From the IMG/VR virus record IMGVR_UViG_3300006893_000012, positions 1-45,690 of that record: a DNA stretch of 45,690 bases. One strand, 5' to 3'. The notes under the pieces are model-generated. The model did not search any database. It was not told where the DNA came from and saw only the letters and a list, made by a program, of their open reading frames with translations. Within the stretch, counting starts at the first letter, position 1, and every line of letters begins with the position of its first letter. The stretch is from a virus. Taxonomy: Duplodnaviria; Caudoviricetes. A program made the position numbers and the translations under genes. Below are positions 45,580-45,690 of the stretch, piece by piece.

Positions 45580-45690
45580 CCCCCCGAAGGCAAGCAACTT
45601 CCCCGTTACCCTCCCCAGCTACCTGTACTAAGATGCAAAAGTATCGCATCGTGAAGGGCGCTAGATCGACCATGCGCACTCCCCGGTAGG

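Noticed and set aside
45480-45690. tRNA/tmRNA as the integration target
   Set aside because: No cloverleaf or T-loop motif at either end; the core overlaps a promoter instead.

Overview
The window is an apparently complete ~45.5 kb temperate prophage with podovirus-like morphogenesis genes, bounded by a 12-bp direct repeat (ATAAGTACCTCT, 112-123 and 45568-45579) with paired TGGCTAA arm-type motifs just inside each end. Left to right it holds a tyrosine integrase, a leftward operon ending in a NusG paralog, a divergent control region, an SSB-like gene plus a family A DNA polymerase, a glycosyltransferase, terminase/portal/scaffold/capsid/GroES, tail and ejection proteins, and a right-end accessory region (Ser/Thr kinase, sigma-region-4-like protein, MTase-Mrr-like fusion, HEPN-motif Abi-like protein). 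The standout is at 8584-10355. A nuclease-less Nop/IS110-C-terminal-like protein (9069-9962) is flanked on both sides by ~35-nt-period arrays built from two alternating short repeats (GAGCAGCCA and GAnnGCrnCA) separated by unique 8-nt spacers. This matches a TIGR-Tas (TasA-like) RNA-guided system with unusually short spacers. Two further solitary units with the same geometry lie kilobases away (2357-2400, with its own terminator, and 4248-4291 in the control region). All protein calls come from motif reading by eye; no database search was run.
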